Below are positions 17,132 through 27,903 of a DNA stretch of 45,287 nucleotides, piece after piece (the first letter of the stretch is position 1; each line of letters begins with the position of its first letter). Source of the stretch: Patescibacteria group bacterium (GTDB taxonomy: Bacteria; Patescibacteriota; Kazan-3B-28; UBA10110); the NCBI GenBank assembly GCA_043802665.1, contig JAZDKW010000015.1:1-45287 (forward strand), read 5' to 3'. The position numbers and the translations under genes are program-made. The notes beneath the pieces are model-generated. The model saw nothing but the letters and a program-made list of their open reading frames with translations, did not search any database and was not told the DNA's origin.

Positions 17132-18245
17132 TGCTCGACTGTTCGGCACTGCCCAGGCGGCTGGCATCGGCCAATATGCTGAAGAGTTAATCAGACATCT
17201 TTTAAAAAATGATACGGTTAATCAATACCGAGTGTTTCTGTCGCCAAAATCTTGGGTAGGATTTCCCATCTACGCGCCGAATCTAAATAAGATCAGGGTT
17301 AATATGCCTCATTATTCTCTGAGTGAGCAATTATCCTATCCGGCGATTTTGCAAAAGGCTGATTTAGATTTGGTTCATTACACTAATTTCAATTCTCCGA
17401 TTTGGTGGCGGAAGGTGCCCAGCGTAGTCACCATTCATGACCTAACTTTGTGGTTTTTTGCGGGGCGGACCCACAAAAGCTGGTGGCGACGTTGGGCGTA
17501 TCGCATAGCTATCCGGCAGGCTTGTCGTAATGCTCGTCGCATTATTGCGATCACAGAAGCGACTAAACAAGACGTGGTCAATATCTTGCAAGTTGATCCA
17601 ACAAAGGTCACGGTGATTTATGAAGCGGTGGCCGATCGTTACAGGCCGGCTACCGATGCGCATCGCTTAGAACGCCTGCGGCATAAATTTAATATCAGCA
17701 AACCCTATCTTTTATATGTAGGGCAATGGCGCCAACATAAAAACGTGGTTCGACTAATTCGGGCTTTTCATCTGTTGCGGCGGCGGTATTATTTGGATTA
17801 TCAATTAGTGTTAGCGGGCAAAATTGATTATCAATGCCCAGAAGTCCTCTCAACAATTGCTAAATTGGGATTGAAATCAGAAGTGGTGTTGACAGGGTAT
17901 ATCCCAGATGCAGATCTTCCATTGCTTTACAATGGGGCCGAGTTATTCGTCTTCCCTTCTTTGTATGAGGGATTTGGTTTGCCACCTTTGGAAGCTATGG
18001 CCTGTGGCACTCCTGTGGTTGCCGCATGTGCTTCCTGTATACCTGAAGTCTTAGGGGAAGCGGCGCGCTATTTTAATCCCACCAATGTAGAGGATATGGT
18101 AAAAACTATTGCCGAAGTAGTAAAAAGTCAGAGTTTGAGACAACGTTTGCGTGCGGCGGGATTTAGACGCGTACGCCGCTATTCTTTTGATCAAATGGCC
18201 AAACAGACATTAGAGGTTTATCAGCAAGTGCTGAATGGCTTATAA
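17100..18245 (+). CDS. Glycosyltransferase family 4
   Basis: [36 protein letters not shown]. Confidence 0.95.
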   Translation: MEEKIYRIGIDARLFGTAQAAGIGQYAEELIRHLLKNDTVNQYRVFLSPKSWVGFPIYAPNLNKIRVNMPHYSLSEQLSYPAILQKADLDLVHYTNFNSPIWWRKVPSVVTIHDLTLWFFAGRTHKSWWRRWAYRIAIRQACRNARRIIAITEATKQDVVNILQVDPTKVTVIYEAVADRYRPATDAHRLERLRHKFNISKPYLLYVGQWRQHKNVVRLIRAFHLLRRRYYLDYQLVLAGKIDYQCPEVLSTIAKLGLKSEVVLTGYIPDADLPLLYNGAELFVFPSLYEGFGLPPLEAMACGTPVVAACASCIPEVLGEAARYFNPTNVEDMVKTIAEVVKSQSLRQRLRAAGFRRVRRYSFDQMAKQTLEVYQQVLNGL

Positions 18246-18323
18246 TTAATTTGGAGTTTTCGTCCCAGAGTAGAGCAGTATATAATACGGTGTGAATTTA
18301 TAATTAATTTTTTATTTACGATT

Positions 18324-20327
18324 ATGGTTGACCAAGTTATCTTATTCACTACGCTCAGTGCCATAGTAGCCCTACTTTACGGAGTTGGTTTGATTAATTG
18401 GGTAATGCGGCTGTCGGCAGGAAATGAGCGGATGCAGGAGATCGCTACCGCTATTCAACAGGGAGCTAAAGCTTATTTAAACCGCCAATACACTGCCATC
18501 GCCATAGTGGCGGTAGTGTTAATGGTGGTTATTTGGGTAGCCTTAGGTTATAAGATTGCTTTAGGTTTTTTGGTAGGGGCTATCTTTTCGGGATTAGCAG
18601 GATTTGTGGGGATGAATGTATCGATTCGAGCTAATGTACGCACTACCCAGGCCGCAAGTACCGGTATGTCCAAGGCTTTACAGGTAGCGTTCCGCGGTGG
18701 CGCTGTTACTGGATTTTTTGTAGTGGGCTTAGCCTTGTTTTCAGTGAGTGTTTTTTATTGGATTTTCCGCGATGTCTCTGCTTTGATTGGTTTGGGTTTT
18801 GGCGGTAGTCTGATCTCTATTTTTGCCCGGCTGGGTGGAGGAATTTATACAAAGGCGGCTGATGTGGGGGCCGACCTGGTGGGTAAAGTAGAGGCTAATA
18901 TCCCAGAAGATGATCCTCGTAATCCAGCGGTGATTGCTGATAATGTGGGCGACAATGTTGGCGACTGTGCTGGTATGGCCGCTGATTTATTCGAAACCTA
19001 CGCTGTTACTGTGGTGGCGGCGATGATACTGGGGCAGTTGTTGTACGGTGCAGACAGCATTATTGTTGTTTATCCCCTGCTTTTGGGTGGTGTTTCTCTG
19101 CTGGCTTCAATTGTGGGCACGTGGTTTGTTCGCTTAGGTAAAGCCAAAAAGATTATGGCTGCTCTATATGCTGGCTTGGCGGTAAGCGGAGGTCTGGCGG
19201 CTGTTGGTTTTTATCTGGTGAGTAGACTACCTGTCTGGAAAGAGGCAGGATTGCCAATGATGGCGATGTTCTACGCCGCCTTAATCGGGTTAGCGGTGAC
19301 GGCCTTGATTGTTTTAATAACCGAGTATTATACTTCTACTCATTTCTCACCTGTCCGGCAAATTGCAGCTGCTTCTGAGACGGGGCACGGCACTAACATC
19401 ATTGCTGGATTGGCGGTAGGAATGAAATCGGTAGTTTGGCCGGTCTTGGTCATTGCCGCCGCTATTTGGGGATCCTATGCTTTAGTTGGATTGTATGGAG
19501 TAGCTGTGGCGGCAGTGGCGATGTTATCAATGACGGCTATTATCGTAGCCATAGATGCTTACGGTCCAATTACTGATAATGCAGGCGGGATTGCTGAGAT
19601 GGCTGGGTTGTCAGAGGCAATCCGCCAGATTACAGATCCCTTGGATGCTGTGGGAAATACAACCAAGGCGATTACTAAAGGTTACGCTATTGGTTCAGCT
19701 GGCTTAGCCGCAATAGTGCTTTTCGCGGCTTACGGAGAAGAGCTTCAACATTTGTCCGGGCAAACCTATCAGTTCCTGTTGGGCGATCCATATGTGTTGA
19801 TTGGTTTGTTTATTGGTGGTCTGCTCCCCTATTTATTCGCTGCCATTTCGATGGAAGCAGTCGGCAAAGCGGCTGGTAGTGTAGTAAAAGAGGTGCGCCG
19901 GCAATTCAAAGAGATCGCAGGCCTAATGGAAGGCCGGGTCAAGCCGGATTATGCTAAAACGGTGGACATTGTCACACAAGCGGCTATCAGAGAGATGATC
20001 ATCCCTGCCCTCATCCCAGTAGTTGCCCCTATTTTAGTTGGTTTGTTACTTGGCCCGATCGCTTTAGGCGGGATGTTAGTTGGTAGTATTGTGACCGGTA
20101 TTTTTATGGCCATTTCTATGACTACTGGCGGTGCCGCTTGGGATAATGCCAAGAAATACATTGAAGAAGGGCACTTAGGGGGGAAGGGATCAATTAGCCA
20201 TAAAGCGGCAGTGACAGGAGATACAGTGGGAGATCCTTATAAAGACACAGCCGGACCGGCAATCAATCCAATGATTAAAATAGTTAATATTGTAGCACTG
20301 CTCATTATTGGTTTGATCATTAAATAA
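18324..20327 (+). CDS. hppA: Membrane pyrophosphatase, likely K+-independent H+-pumping
   Basis: [49 protein letters not shown]. Confidence 0.96.
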   Translation: MVDQVILFTTLSAIVALLYGVGLINWVMRLSAGNERMQEIATAIQQGAKAYLNRQYTAIAIVAVVLMVVIWVALGYKIALGFLVGAIFSGLAGFVGMNVSIRANVRTTQAASTGMSKALQVAFRGGAVTGFFVVGLALFSVSVFYWIFRDVSALIGLGFGGSLISIFARLGGGIYTKAADVGADLVGKVEANIPEDDPRNPAVIADNVGDNVGDCAGMAADLFETYAVTVVAAMILGQLLYGADSIIVVYPLLLGGVSLLASIVGTWFVRLGKAKKIMAALYAGLAVSGGLAAVGFYLVSRLPVWKEAGLPMMAMFYAALIGLAVTALIVLITEYYTSTHFSPVRQIAAASETGHGTNIIAGLAVGMKSVVWPVLVIAAAIWGSYALVGLYGVAVAAVAMLSMTAIIVAIDAYGPITDNAGGIAEMAGLSEAIRQITDPLDAVGNTTKAITKGYAIGSAGLAAIVLFAAYGEELQHLSGQTYQFLLGDPYVLIGLFIGGLLPYLFAAISMEAVGKAAGSVVKEVRRQFKEIAGLMEGRVKPDYAKTVDIVTQAAIREMIIPALIPVVAPILVGLLLGPIALGGMLVGSIVTGIFMAISMTTGGAAWDNAKKYIEEGHLGGKGSISHKAAVTGDTVGDPYKDTAGPAINPMIKIVNIVALLIIGLIIK

Positions 20328-20561
20328 TTGACCGGGGTGCATACTGAACAATTGACCGAACATCAAATTCAGGTGAAGGTGGCTAATCAAGATGGCCACC
20401 TGACTATTAGTTTATCAGATGGGCAAATCTACACCTGGCCGATTAATGATCCTACTTTAGCTCCCGGGACTTTTTATTTAACTTTATCTGCTGTGCCGAT
20501 TTTGCCGACCAAACATGAATTAGCTAAATTGGTATTAGCAGAGATTTTAAAGATTAACTAG
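20328..20561 (+). CDS. Small hypothetical protein
   Basis: ORF fills the gap exactly between hppA and the VanW gene; start uncertain. Confidence 0.6.
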   Translation: MTGVHTEQLTEHQIQVKVANQDGHLTISLSDGQIYTWPINDPTLAPGTFYLTLSAVPILPTKHELAKLVLAEILKIN

Positions 20562-22399
20562 TGAAAGACCAGTATATGCGGGGGCGACAGCGGGAAATAA
20601 TCTGGTGGGTGGCCAGTGTAGGGTTATTGTCCCTGTTTTTGGTTAATTTAATTTTGGATGTGGCTTATGCCGGCAAGGTTTTGCCGCGTGTGTATTGTGC
20701 CAGACTTAATCTCTCCGGGCAGACCTACACTGCGGCTCTGTCGCAGATTGATACGGCAGTCAAGATGGCCCAGTTAGAGAAGATAACTTTTCAGATAGAT
20801 AGTTTTACCAAGGCATATCCCTTTAAAAGTTTAGGAGTAGTTTGGTCGGCCGCTGAAACAGCGCAGGCCGCGGTCAATTTTGGCCATCAGGGCAATTGGT
20901 GGAATCGCTTAATTGATCGAGGGCGAGCGCTGATTTTTGGGGTGACTTTGCCTGTAATCTATCAAGAACAACTCAATCTGGCTGAACAAATTATGGCCGA
21001 AATAGACCATTTAACCGCTGTGGCGGGAGTGGATGGCGACGTAGTTATTGACCGAACGGGAAAAACAGCCAGCATTGAGTCAGCGGTGGTGGGCCAGGCT
21101 TTAGACAAAGTAGCTCTTCATAAACTTCTATCTCGCCGGTTGGCTCAGTTAGATACCAGTGTAGTTAGCCTACCAGTGCAGCTTATAGAACCGATTTTTA
21201 GTGATGATGTTACTAAATTAGTGGCAAATAAACTTAACCAAGACCTTTCGCAAGGGTATTTATTGTCTGCTCAACATGGACAATGGGAGTTGCCCAAAGA
21301 AAATTTATGGCAATGGGTAGAAGTAGTCAAACAAAAAGATTCGTTAATAGTTCGTTTACGTTCCGCTGATTTGGAGGATTATATCCAATCATTAAAACAG
21401 CAGATTGATCAGCCTGTTCAAGATGCCGTGTGGGAAGCCATTGGAGAGAAGGTAACTAAATTCCAACCTGATCAACCTGGAGTTAGTCTGCGCTCAGAGG
21501 CCACAGCAGAACTAATTCAGGCCACATTACTAACTCCGCGCCGTCAGATAGAACTCCCCATTGATTATCAACAGCCAGCAGTAACACTCTCCCAGCTTAA
21601 TAATTTTGGCATCCAAGAGTTAGTTGCTCAAGGGGAATCTAATTTTGCGGGCAGCCCCTCTAATCGTCGTCATAACATTAAAGTAGGGGCTAATCGATTT
21701 GACAAAGTTCTTATTGCTCCTGACGCCACATTCTCGTTCAACACTATTTTAGGAGAAGTAACCGCTGAAACTGGTTATTTACCGGAATTGGTTATCAAGG
21801 GAGATGAGACTACTCCAGAATTTGGTGGCGGACTCTGCCAAGTGTCCACTACAGTATTTCGAGCAGCCTTGAATGGGGGCTATCCTATCGTGGCTCGCCA
21901 CAATCATACCTACCGAGTATCTTATTACGAACCAGCGGGGTTGGATGCTACGGTTTACCAACCGTATCCCGACTTTAAATTTTCCAATGATACAGAGGCT
22001 TACATTTTAATTCATACGCGCATTGAAGGAGATATTCTTTACTTTGATTTTTATAGCACTAAATTAGACCGGCGGGTTGAGCTGGAAGGGCCACGCGTCT
22101 ACAATGTAGTTGAGCCTCCCCCACCAATCTATATTGAAACATCTACCTTGCCCGAGGGAGAAGAGAAAAAGATTGATACTGCTCACTGGGGGGCAGAGGT
22201 GATAGTTTATCGGCATATTTATGATGATAATGGCCGGGAGATTCGCAAAGATACTTTTGAAAGCTTTTATATTCCCTGGCCAGCTAAATATTTAAAAGGT
22301 GCACCAGTGGCTCCTGAGGTGGAAACTGATTTAGGGAATCTCCCACCAGAGGTTACTGCCCCCGCTGGGGAAGAGGCCGCTCCCCCGCTTAATTATTAG
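20561..22399 (+). CDS. VanW family protein with N-terminal TM and peptidoglycan-binding-like repeats
   Basis: NRRHNI, FSFN, GGGLCQVSTTVFRAAL, GLDATVY, DFKFSNDT. Confidence 0.9.
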   Translation: MKDQYMRGRQREIIWWVASVGLLSLFLVNLILDVAYAGKVLPRVYCARLNLSGQTYTAALSQIDTAVKMAQLEKITFQIDSFTKAYPFKSLGVVWSAAETAQAAVNFGHQGNWWNRLIDRGRALIFGVTLPVIYQEQLNLAEQIMAEIDHLTAVAGVDGDVVIDRTGKTASIESAVVGQALDKVALHKLLSRRLAQLDTSVVSLPVQLIEPIFSDDVTKLVANKLNQDLSQGYLLSAQHGQWELPKENLWQWVEVVKQKDSLIVRLRSADLEDYIQSLKQQIDQPVQDAVWEAIGEKVTKFQPDQPGVSLRSEATAELIQATLLTPRRQIELPIDYQQPAVTLSQLNNFGIQELVAQGESNFAGSPSNRRHNIKVGANRFDKVLIAPDATFSFNTILGEVTAETGYLPELVIKGDETTPEFGGGLCQVSTTVFRAALNGGYPIVARHNHTYRVSYYEPAGLDATVYQPYPDFKFSNDTEAYILIHTRIEGDILYFDFYSTKLDRRVELEGPRVYNVVEPPPPIYIETSTLPEGEEKKIDTAHWGAEVIVYRHIYDDNGREIRKDTFESFYIPWPAKYLKGAPVAPEVETDLGNLPPEVTAPAGEEAAPPLNY

Positions 22400-22402
22400 A
22401 CT

Positions 22403-23344
22403 ATGATCCATTTATTATATGGTCCCAATGATTTCCAGGTGCGGGAAAGGATCCAGCAAATCTTTGCCGAGCAAAAAAAGCTCCATCCGGACTTAGTCCT
22501 AACGCGGCTACCTGACGAAAAAACAAGTTTAGCACAACTTCAACAGGCATTAATTGGCCAATCGTTACTTTTTTCTCACCGCTTCATTGTTGGGCACAAT
22601 CTATTGACGGGTTCTGGAGACGATGTTCGAAAGGGATTGGCGCGTTGGCTGGGAGGGATTGCTCCGGAGCTAACCCTGGTCTTAGTGGAGGTAGAGCTTC
22701 CTCCACGTAAAAGCGAGTGGACTATTAATCTGCGGCAGTGGCAAGTTGAAGCTTGCTTGCAATTGAATGCAACGGAGATTCGAGATTGGTTAGAGTGTCA
22801 GACTACTCGTCGTGGAGTCAAAATGAATATGGCGATGAAACAATTTTTGATCGCTAACTTTGGTGATGATCAGTGGCGCTTAAGCCAGGAATTAGACAAG
22901 TTGTGTCTTTGGTCTCACGAGGGAGTTATTGATCCGGATATTTTAGAGCAAGTAGTAGTGCCTAATTTGCCAGACAATATTTTTCGGGCTGTTGACGCCT
23001 TAGCCCACAAAGATTTAAAGGCGGCGAATAGAGCGATTAATATCCAATTAGCGGTAGGTACCAGCGAAGCCGAGTTGCTAACGATGATAGCCTATCAATT
23101 CAGGAACATTATCTTGGTCAAATCTTTAAGGGAGACAGGTTGTCCAGAACCTAAGATAGCCAGCCGTGCTGGCCTGCATCCCTATGTGGCTAAAAAAAGT
23201 ATGCTGTTCAGCCAAGGGTTCTCCTGGCCTCAACTGCGGCGCATATTTTATCTGCTCCACAAAGTAGATCTGGCTATAAAAAGAAGCCAAACCCCATCTC
23301 GAATCGGGTTGGATATTTTGGTGGCCCAAGTAATCAGCTGTTAA
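22403..23344 (+). CDS. holA: DNA polymerase III delta subunit
   Basis: MIHLLYGPN, ELDKL, NIFRAVDAL, LHPYVAKK, DLAIK; convergent with rpsT. Confidence 0.9.
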   Translation: MIHLLYGPNDFQVRERIQQIFAEQKKLHPDLVLTRLPDEKTSLAQLQQALIGQSLLFSHRFIVGHNLLTGSGDDVRKGLARWLGGIAPELTLVLVEVELPPRKSEWTINLRQWQVEACLQLNATEIRDWLECQTTRRGVKMNMAMKQFLIANFGDDQWRLSQELDKLCLWSHEGVIDPDILEQVVVPNLPDNIFRAVDALAHKDLKAANRAINIQLAVGTSEAELLTMIAYQFRNIILVKSLRETGCPEPKIASRAGLHPYVAKKSMLFSQGFSWPQLRRIFYLLHKVDLAIKRSQTPSRIGLDILVAQVISC

Positions 23345-23577
23345 GCAGTTTTGCGCTTAGTCAACCGAGACTTTAGGCGGGCGGCTTTGTTTTTGTGAAC
23401 CAAATGGGAACCGACGGCTTTGTCTAACACTTTTTGGGCAGCACACAAGTTTTCAGGGCTGGGCTCGCGCCGAGCCCTTTTGACAGCCTGTTTTACGGCA
23501 TTCTTAACCTGAAGGTTGTGAGCCCGTTTTCCTTTGTCGGAACGCATTTTTTTCTTAGCCGAGGAAGTAATAGGCAT
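23341..23577 (-). CDS. rpsT: 30S ribosomal protein S20
   Basis: MPITSSAKK, LDKA, HKNKAARLKSRL. Confidence 0.96.
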   Translation of the reverse strand: MPITSSAKKKMRSDKGKRAHNLQVKNAVKQAVKRARREPSPENLCAAQKVLDKAVGSHLVHKNKAARLKSRLTKRKTA

Positions 23578-23646
23578 AAATATGAGGTTACTTATGTTAT
23601 TTTAGGGTAAAAGTTAGCCATAGTAAATACTTTTTTATCTTCCAGT

Positions 23647-23675
23647 TTGACAGAGAAGGAGTTATTTACTATGAT
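23647..23675 (+). promoter_or_regulatory. sigma70 promoter for the DHH gene
   Basis: TTGACA-N17-TATGAT. Confidence 0.75.
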
Positions 23676-23700
23676 AACTTCTTAAAGTAAGCTGATTACA

Positions 23701-25035
23701 ATGGAATTAACCCCCAAACAACAAGCCTTAGAGCTAATCAATAAATCAAAAAATATTCTGTTAGTTACCCATGAACGGCCAGACGGCGATGCTATGGGTA
23801 GCTTGATGGCGCTATATTTGGTTCTGGGAAAGTTAGATAAAAAAGTTACAGCAGTAGTGCTGGATAAGCTTTCCAGTAAATACCAGTTTTTGCCTAAAGT
23901 GGATGCTCTATCTCACCAATTGGTTGCTTTGCGCGATTTTATTATCAGTATTGATTGTGCTCGGGCCACTGCTGACCGCTTAGCATATAATTTTCAGGAA
24001 AATAAACTCAACATCGTGGTTACTCCCAAAGAAGGAAACTTCCAATCACAAGATGTGAGTTTTGGAGAAGGAAACTTCCAATTTGACCTCATCATCACAT
24101 TAGATGCCGCTGATTGGGACCAGGTAGGCAAAATATATGCCGATAATGTCAAACTTTTCCAGGGCGTTCCTGTAGTTAATATCGATCATCATTCCAGTAA
24201 TGATTATTATGGCACGGTTAACCTGGTAGATTTAACGGCCACAGCTACGGCCGAGATTTTAGTAGGATTGATTGAAGCTTTAGGCTCCACTTTGATGGAC
24301 GAGGATGTGGCGACGGCATTGCTCGCTGGTATTATCAGTGATACTGGCAGTTTCCAGAATGGTCAGACAACTCCCAAATCTCTCACTATTGCCGCTCAAA
24401 TGGTGGGATTGGGCGGTCGCCAACAGGAAATTATTAAGAATCTGTTTAAGACCAAAGCTCTAACTACCCTAAAATTGTGGGGTAAAATCCTGGCTGGGAT
24501 TAAATTTGACGCCGCGCGCAAGCTAAGTTGGGGCGTTGTCCCACTCGCTTATTTTGCTGAAACAGGAGCAGAGACAGAAGAGACTAGCGGAGTAATTGAT
24601 GAGCTGATGACTAGTGTGCCCGGAGCTGACATCGTGGTTTTGCTATCAGAGAAAGAGCCGAAGAGCATATCGGGAAGCATCAGGACGAAAAAAGGAGTAG
24701 ACGCCGCCGAGTTAGCTTCTTTGTTTGGTGGAGGCGGACACCCTGGTGCAGCAGGATTTAAATTAGCTGATATGGAGGTAGGAGCGGCAGAAGACCTGGT
24801 CATTACTAAAATTAGGGAATATCAAGAAAAGAAGACTACAATGTCCCCCGACCTGGTGAACAACAACTCTGCAGGAGGGGCAGCGGTTGTTGCCGAGTCA
24901 AAGACAGAGGAAGAAAAAGAGCCAAAAACAGAACCAGAACCTTCTTCGTTGCCGCCAGAGATCTTCCCTGCCTCACCAGAGGTGGTTGGACCAGAATTGG
25001 CTCCCTCAGCGGAAAATCTTGATAAAAATGAGTAA
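23701..25035 (+). CDS. DHH/DHHA1 phosphoesterase (NrnA-like) with Pro/Glu-rich tail
   Basis: HERPDGDA, IDHH, GIISDTGSF, GGGGHPGAAG. Confidence 0.92.
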   Translation: MELTPKQQALELINKSKNILLVTHERPDGDAMGSLMALYLVLGKLDKKVTAVVLDKLSSKYQFLPKVDALSHQLVALRDFIISIDCARATADRLAYNFQENKLNIVVTPKEGNFQSQDVSFGEGNFQFDLIITLDAADWDQVGKIYADNVKLFQGVPVVNIDHHSSNDYYGTVNLVDLTATATAEILVGLIEALGSTLMDEDVATALLAGIISDTGSFQNGQTTPKSLTIAAQMVGLGGRQQEIIKNLFKTKALTTLKLWGKILAGIKFDAARKLSWGVVPLAYFAETGAETEETSGVIDELMTSVPGADIVVLLSEKEPKSISGSIRTKKGVDAAELASLFGGGGHPGAAGFKLADMEVGAAEDLVITKIREYQEKKTTMSPDLVNNNSAGGAAVVAESKTEEEKEPKTEPEPSSLPPEIFPASPEVVGPELAPSAENLDKNE

Positions 25036-25056
25036 AAGTGATATAATAAGATAAGT

Positions 25057-25326
25057 ATGGCACTACAAGCGGCAAAGAAAAAAAAGATTATTGCGGGTTT
25101 CCAGGCGCATAAAAAGGATACTGGATCATCTGAAGTCCAGATTGCTTTGTTGACCGAAAAGGTTAAAGAGTTGACCAAGCATCTTAAAGCTCACAGTAAA
25201 GATTTTCATTCCCGCCAAGGCTTATTTAAGATCGTGGGCAATCGGCGGCGCTTGCTCAACTATTTGAAAAAATCTCACCCCAGAAAATATTCAGCTTTAA
25301 TTAAACAATTAAAAATTAGGAAGTAA
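25057..25326 (+). CDS. rpsO: 30S ribosomal protein S15
   Basis: DTGSSEVQIALLT, KDFHSRQGL, RRRLLNYL. Confidence 0.97.
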   Translation: MALQAAKKKKIIAGFQAHKKDTGSSEVQIALLTEKVKELTKHLKAHSKDFHSRQGLFKIVGNRRRLLNYLKKSHPRKYSALIKQLKIRK

Positions 25327-25334
25327 GAGTAAGT

Positions 25335-25420
25335 AAGGATTGTCATAGAGCCTAGAATTAAATAAATTTTTGCCAAGTTTGTTTGATTCTAAGCTTTATG
25401 CCAGATTGGCTGCAATCCTT
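25335..25420 (+). promoter_or_regulatory. Long stem-loop in the pnp leader (candidate RNase III site)
   Basis: AAGGATTG..CATAGAGCCTAGAATTAAATAAATTT pairs with AAGTTTGTTTGATTCTAAGCTTTATG..CAATCCTT, using G-U pairs that work on the + strand. Confidence 0.7.
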
Positions 25421-25449
25421 GGTAACTCAGTACTTCCAGGAAAGGACAA

Positions 25450-27561
25450 ATGGAAAAATTTGCAATCAAGGTTGGTGATGCCACTTTATCTCTTGAAACC
25501 GGCAAATTAGCTCGGTTAGCTTCGGGATCGGTAACGGTGCGCTTGGGCGATACGGTATTATTAGCTACAGCGATTGTTAGTGATGAACCCAAAGAAGATG
25601 TAAGCTTCTTCCCTCTTCTTATTGACTTCGAAGAGAAGATGTATGCTTCCGGCAAGATTTCTGGTAGTCGGTTTATTAAACGCGAAGGCCGAGCCTCGGA
25701 TAATGCAATTTTAACTTCTCGATTAACTGATCGTCCCCTGCGGCCGCTCTTTGCTAAGGGGTTTTATAATAATACCCAAGTAGTTATTACGGTCTTATCG
25801 GCCGATTTAGTGCACGATCCAGATGTATTATCGATCATAGGGGCTTCTGCGGCGTTGATGTTGACTGATGCCCCGTTTGCTGGTCCGGTGGGGGCGGTGA
25901 GGGTTGGCCTGATCAACGGAGAATTAGTGGTCAATCCATCATATGAACAGTTAGAAAAAGATAGCCAGTTGGATTTAGTGGTGGCAGGGACTAAAGACAA
26001 AGTATTAATGATTGAAGCAGGTGCCAAGGAGGTGGATGAAGCAACTTTTGCCAAAGCAATTCGTTTCGCCCATCAGGCTCTTCAGCCGACCTTAACTGTT
26101 CAAGAGCAGTTGCTTAAAGCGAAAAAGAAAGATCATCACAAAGATTATACCCTGCTTACCCCTACGGCAGAACTCACAACAGAGATCAAAGCATTTGTTG
26201 GTGATCAAGCAGAAAAGGCTATTTATCAATCGGATAAAACTCAGCGCAATGAGTTAATAAACAAACTAAGAAAACAGGTAAAAGAAAAGTTTGTGACGGA
26301 TAGCATCCCTGAAATAGTGGTGATGGACGCGTTGGATCAGATTGTAGAGAAGATTTTATGTCAGAATATTTTGCAATCAAGCCATCGGCCTGATGAGCGT
26401 AAACTTACCGAGATGCGTCCGCTCTCTTGTGAGGTGGGGATTTTGCCCCGGACGCACGGTTCAGCCCTGTTCAATCGGGGGGAAACCCAGGCGCTTACCA
26501 CTATTACCTTAGGACCGGTATCAGATGAACAGATGATTGATACGATGGATGCCACAACTACCAAGCGCTACCTCCACCACTATAATTTTCCGCCTTATGC
26601 TACTAATGAAGTGCGACCAATGCGAGGCCCAGGTCGTCGCGAAATCGGACATGGCGCTTTAGCGGAAAAAGCTCTCTTGCCCATGATCCCTTCTAAAGAA
26701 GAGTTCCCTTATACCATTCGCGTAGTTTCAGAGATTTTGGCCTGCAACGGTAGTAGTTCGATGGCGTCGATTTGCGGGAGCAGTTTGAGTTTGATGGATG
26801 CCGGCGTGCCCATCAAAAAGCCGGTAGCAGGAATTGCTATGGGAGTGTTCACTGGTGATGACAATGAGTTTAAAATCCTTACCGATATTGCTGGCTTAGA
26901 AGATTTCAACGGGGATATGGACTTCAAAATTGCCGGGACTAAAGATGGCATCACTGCTATCCAATTAGATATGAAAGTATCCGGTTTAGGGTTTGATGTT
27001 TTAGAACAAGCTCTGACCCAAGCTAAATCCACCCGGTTAGATATTTTAGCAGTAATGGCTAAGTGTATTCCTGTTCCCCGAAAAGAAATCTCAGCCTACG
27101 CTCCAAGAGTGGAAGTAATTAAAATCCATCCCGACAAGATCAGGGAAGTTATTGGCTCTGGTGGCAAGGTAATTAATGGCATCATCGACCGCGCAGGCGG
27201 CAAAAATGTTACCGAGATTAATATAGAAGAAGACGGGACCATTTATGTTTCATCTGCAGATGCCAAATTGGCCGCCCAAGCTATGGAAGAGATCGCCAAT
27301 ATTATTCGAGAACCCGAAGTGGGGGCGTTATATCAAGGAAGAGTAACTCGCATTATGGACTTTGGCGCTTTTGTTGAGATCTTCCCTGGAACTGAAGGCT
27401 TGGTCCATATTTCTCAATTAGATACTAAACGCGTAAACAAAGTAACTGATATAGTAAAAGAAGGCGATATTATTCCGGTAATTGTAACCGAGATTGATTC
27501 CCAAGGGAGAGTTAATCTTTCCCGAAAGGCGGCGCTCCTAAAGCACCCACCCAAGCAATAG
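25450..27561 (+). CDS. pnp: Polyribonucleotide nucleotidyltransferase
   Basis: DRPLRPLF, HGSALFNRGETQ, RREIGHG, GDMDFK, KH and S1 domains. Confidence 0.98.
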   Translation: MEKFAIKVGDATLSLETGKLARLASGSVTVRLGDTVLLATAIVSDEPKEDVSFFPLLIDFEEKMYASGKISGSRFIKREGRASDNAILTSRLTDRPLRPLFAKGFYNNTQVVITVLSADLVHDPDVLSIIGASAALMLTDAPFAGPVGAVRVGLINGELVVNPSYEQLEKDSQLDLVVAGTKDKVLMIEAGAKEVDEATFAKAIRFAHQALQPTLTVQEQLLKAKKKDHHKDYTLLTPTAELTTEIKAFVGDQAEKAIYQSDKTQRNELINKLRKQVKEKFVTDSIPEIVVMDALDQIVEKILCQNILQSSHRPDERKLTEMRPLSCEVGILPRTHGSALFNRGETQALTTITLGPVSDEQMIDTMDATTTKRYLHHYNFPPYATNEVRPMRGPGRREIGHGALAEKALLPMIPSKEEFPYTIRVVSEILACNGSSSMASICGSSLSLMDAGVPIKKPVAGIAMGVFTGDDNEFKILTDIAGLEDFNGDMDFKIAGTKDGITAIQLDMKVSGLGFDVLEQALTQAKSTRLDILAVMAKCIPVPRKEISAYAPRVEVIKIHPDKIREVIGSGGKVINGIIDRAGGKNVTEINIEEDGTIYVSSADAKLAAQAMEEIANIIREPEVGALYQGRVTRIMDFGAFVEIFPGTEGLVHISQLDTKRVNKVTDIVKEGDIIPVIVTEIDSQGRVNLSRKAALLKHPPKQ

Positions 27562-27579
27562 TACTATTTCAGGATTCTT

Positions 27580-27903
27580 ATGAAGTGTAGTGAATGTGCC
27601 CGTCGCAACCATGATGATAATCAGTTTTGTATCTATTGCGGCACCACTCTCAAAACGGAAACTCGGCGTCAGTCTGGGGAACGGTCAGGCTGTTCAGCGA
27701 TGCTTCCGCCCCAAGACATAGATGAGTTAATCGGAGATCGGTATAGCTGCCATCAGCAATCTTCCCGCCAAATCCATCCGGCAGTGCCGATGATTTTGGC
27801 CATCGCGGTGGGGCTATCAGGGGCCTATTACTGGTTCTTTTATCGTGATGTTTACCAAATCTTAGCAATTGATTATCAAACAACCCAATTAGTGAATGAG
27901 TGA
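27580..27903 (+). CDS. Zinc-ribbon membrane protein
   Basis: CSEC...FCIYCG at the N-terminus, one C-terminal TM. Confidence 0.7.
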   Translation: MKCSECARRNHDDNQFCIYCGTTLKTETRRQSGERSGCSAMLPPQDIDELIGDRYSCHQQSSRQIHPAVPMILAIAVGLSGAYYWFFYRDVYQILAIDYQTTQLVNE

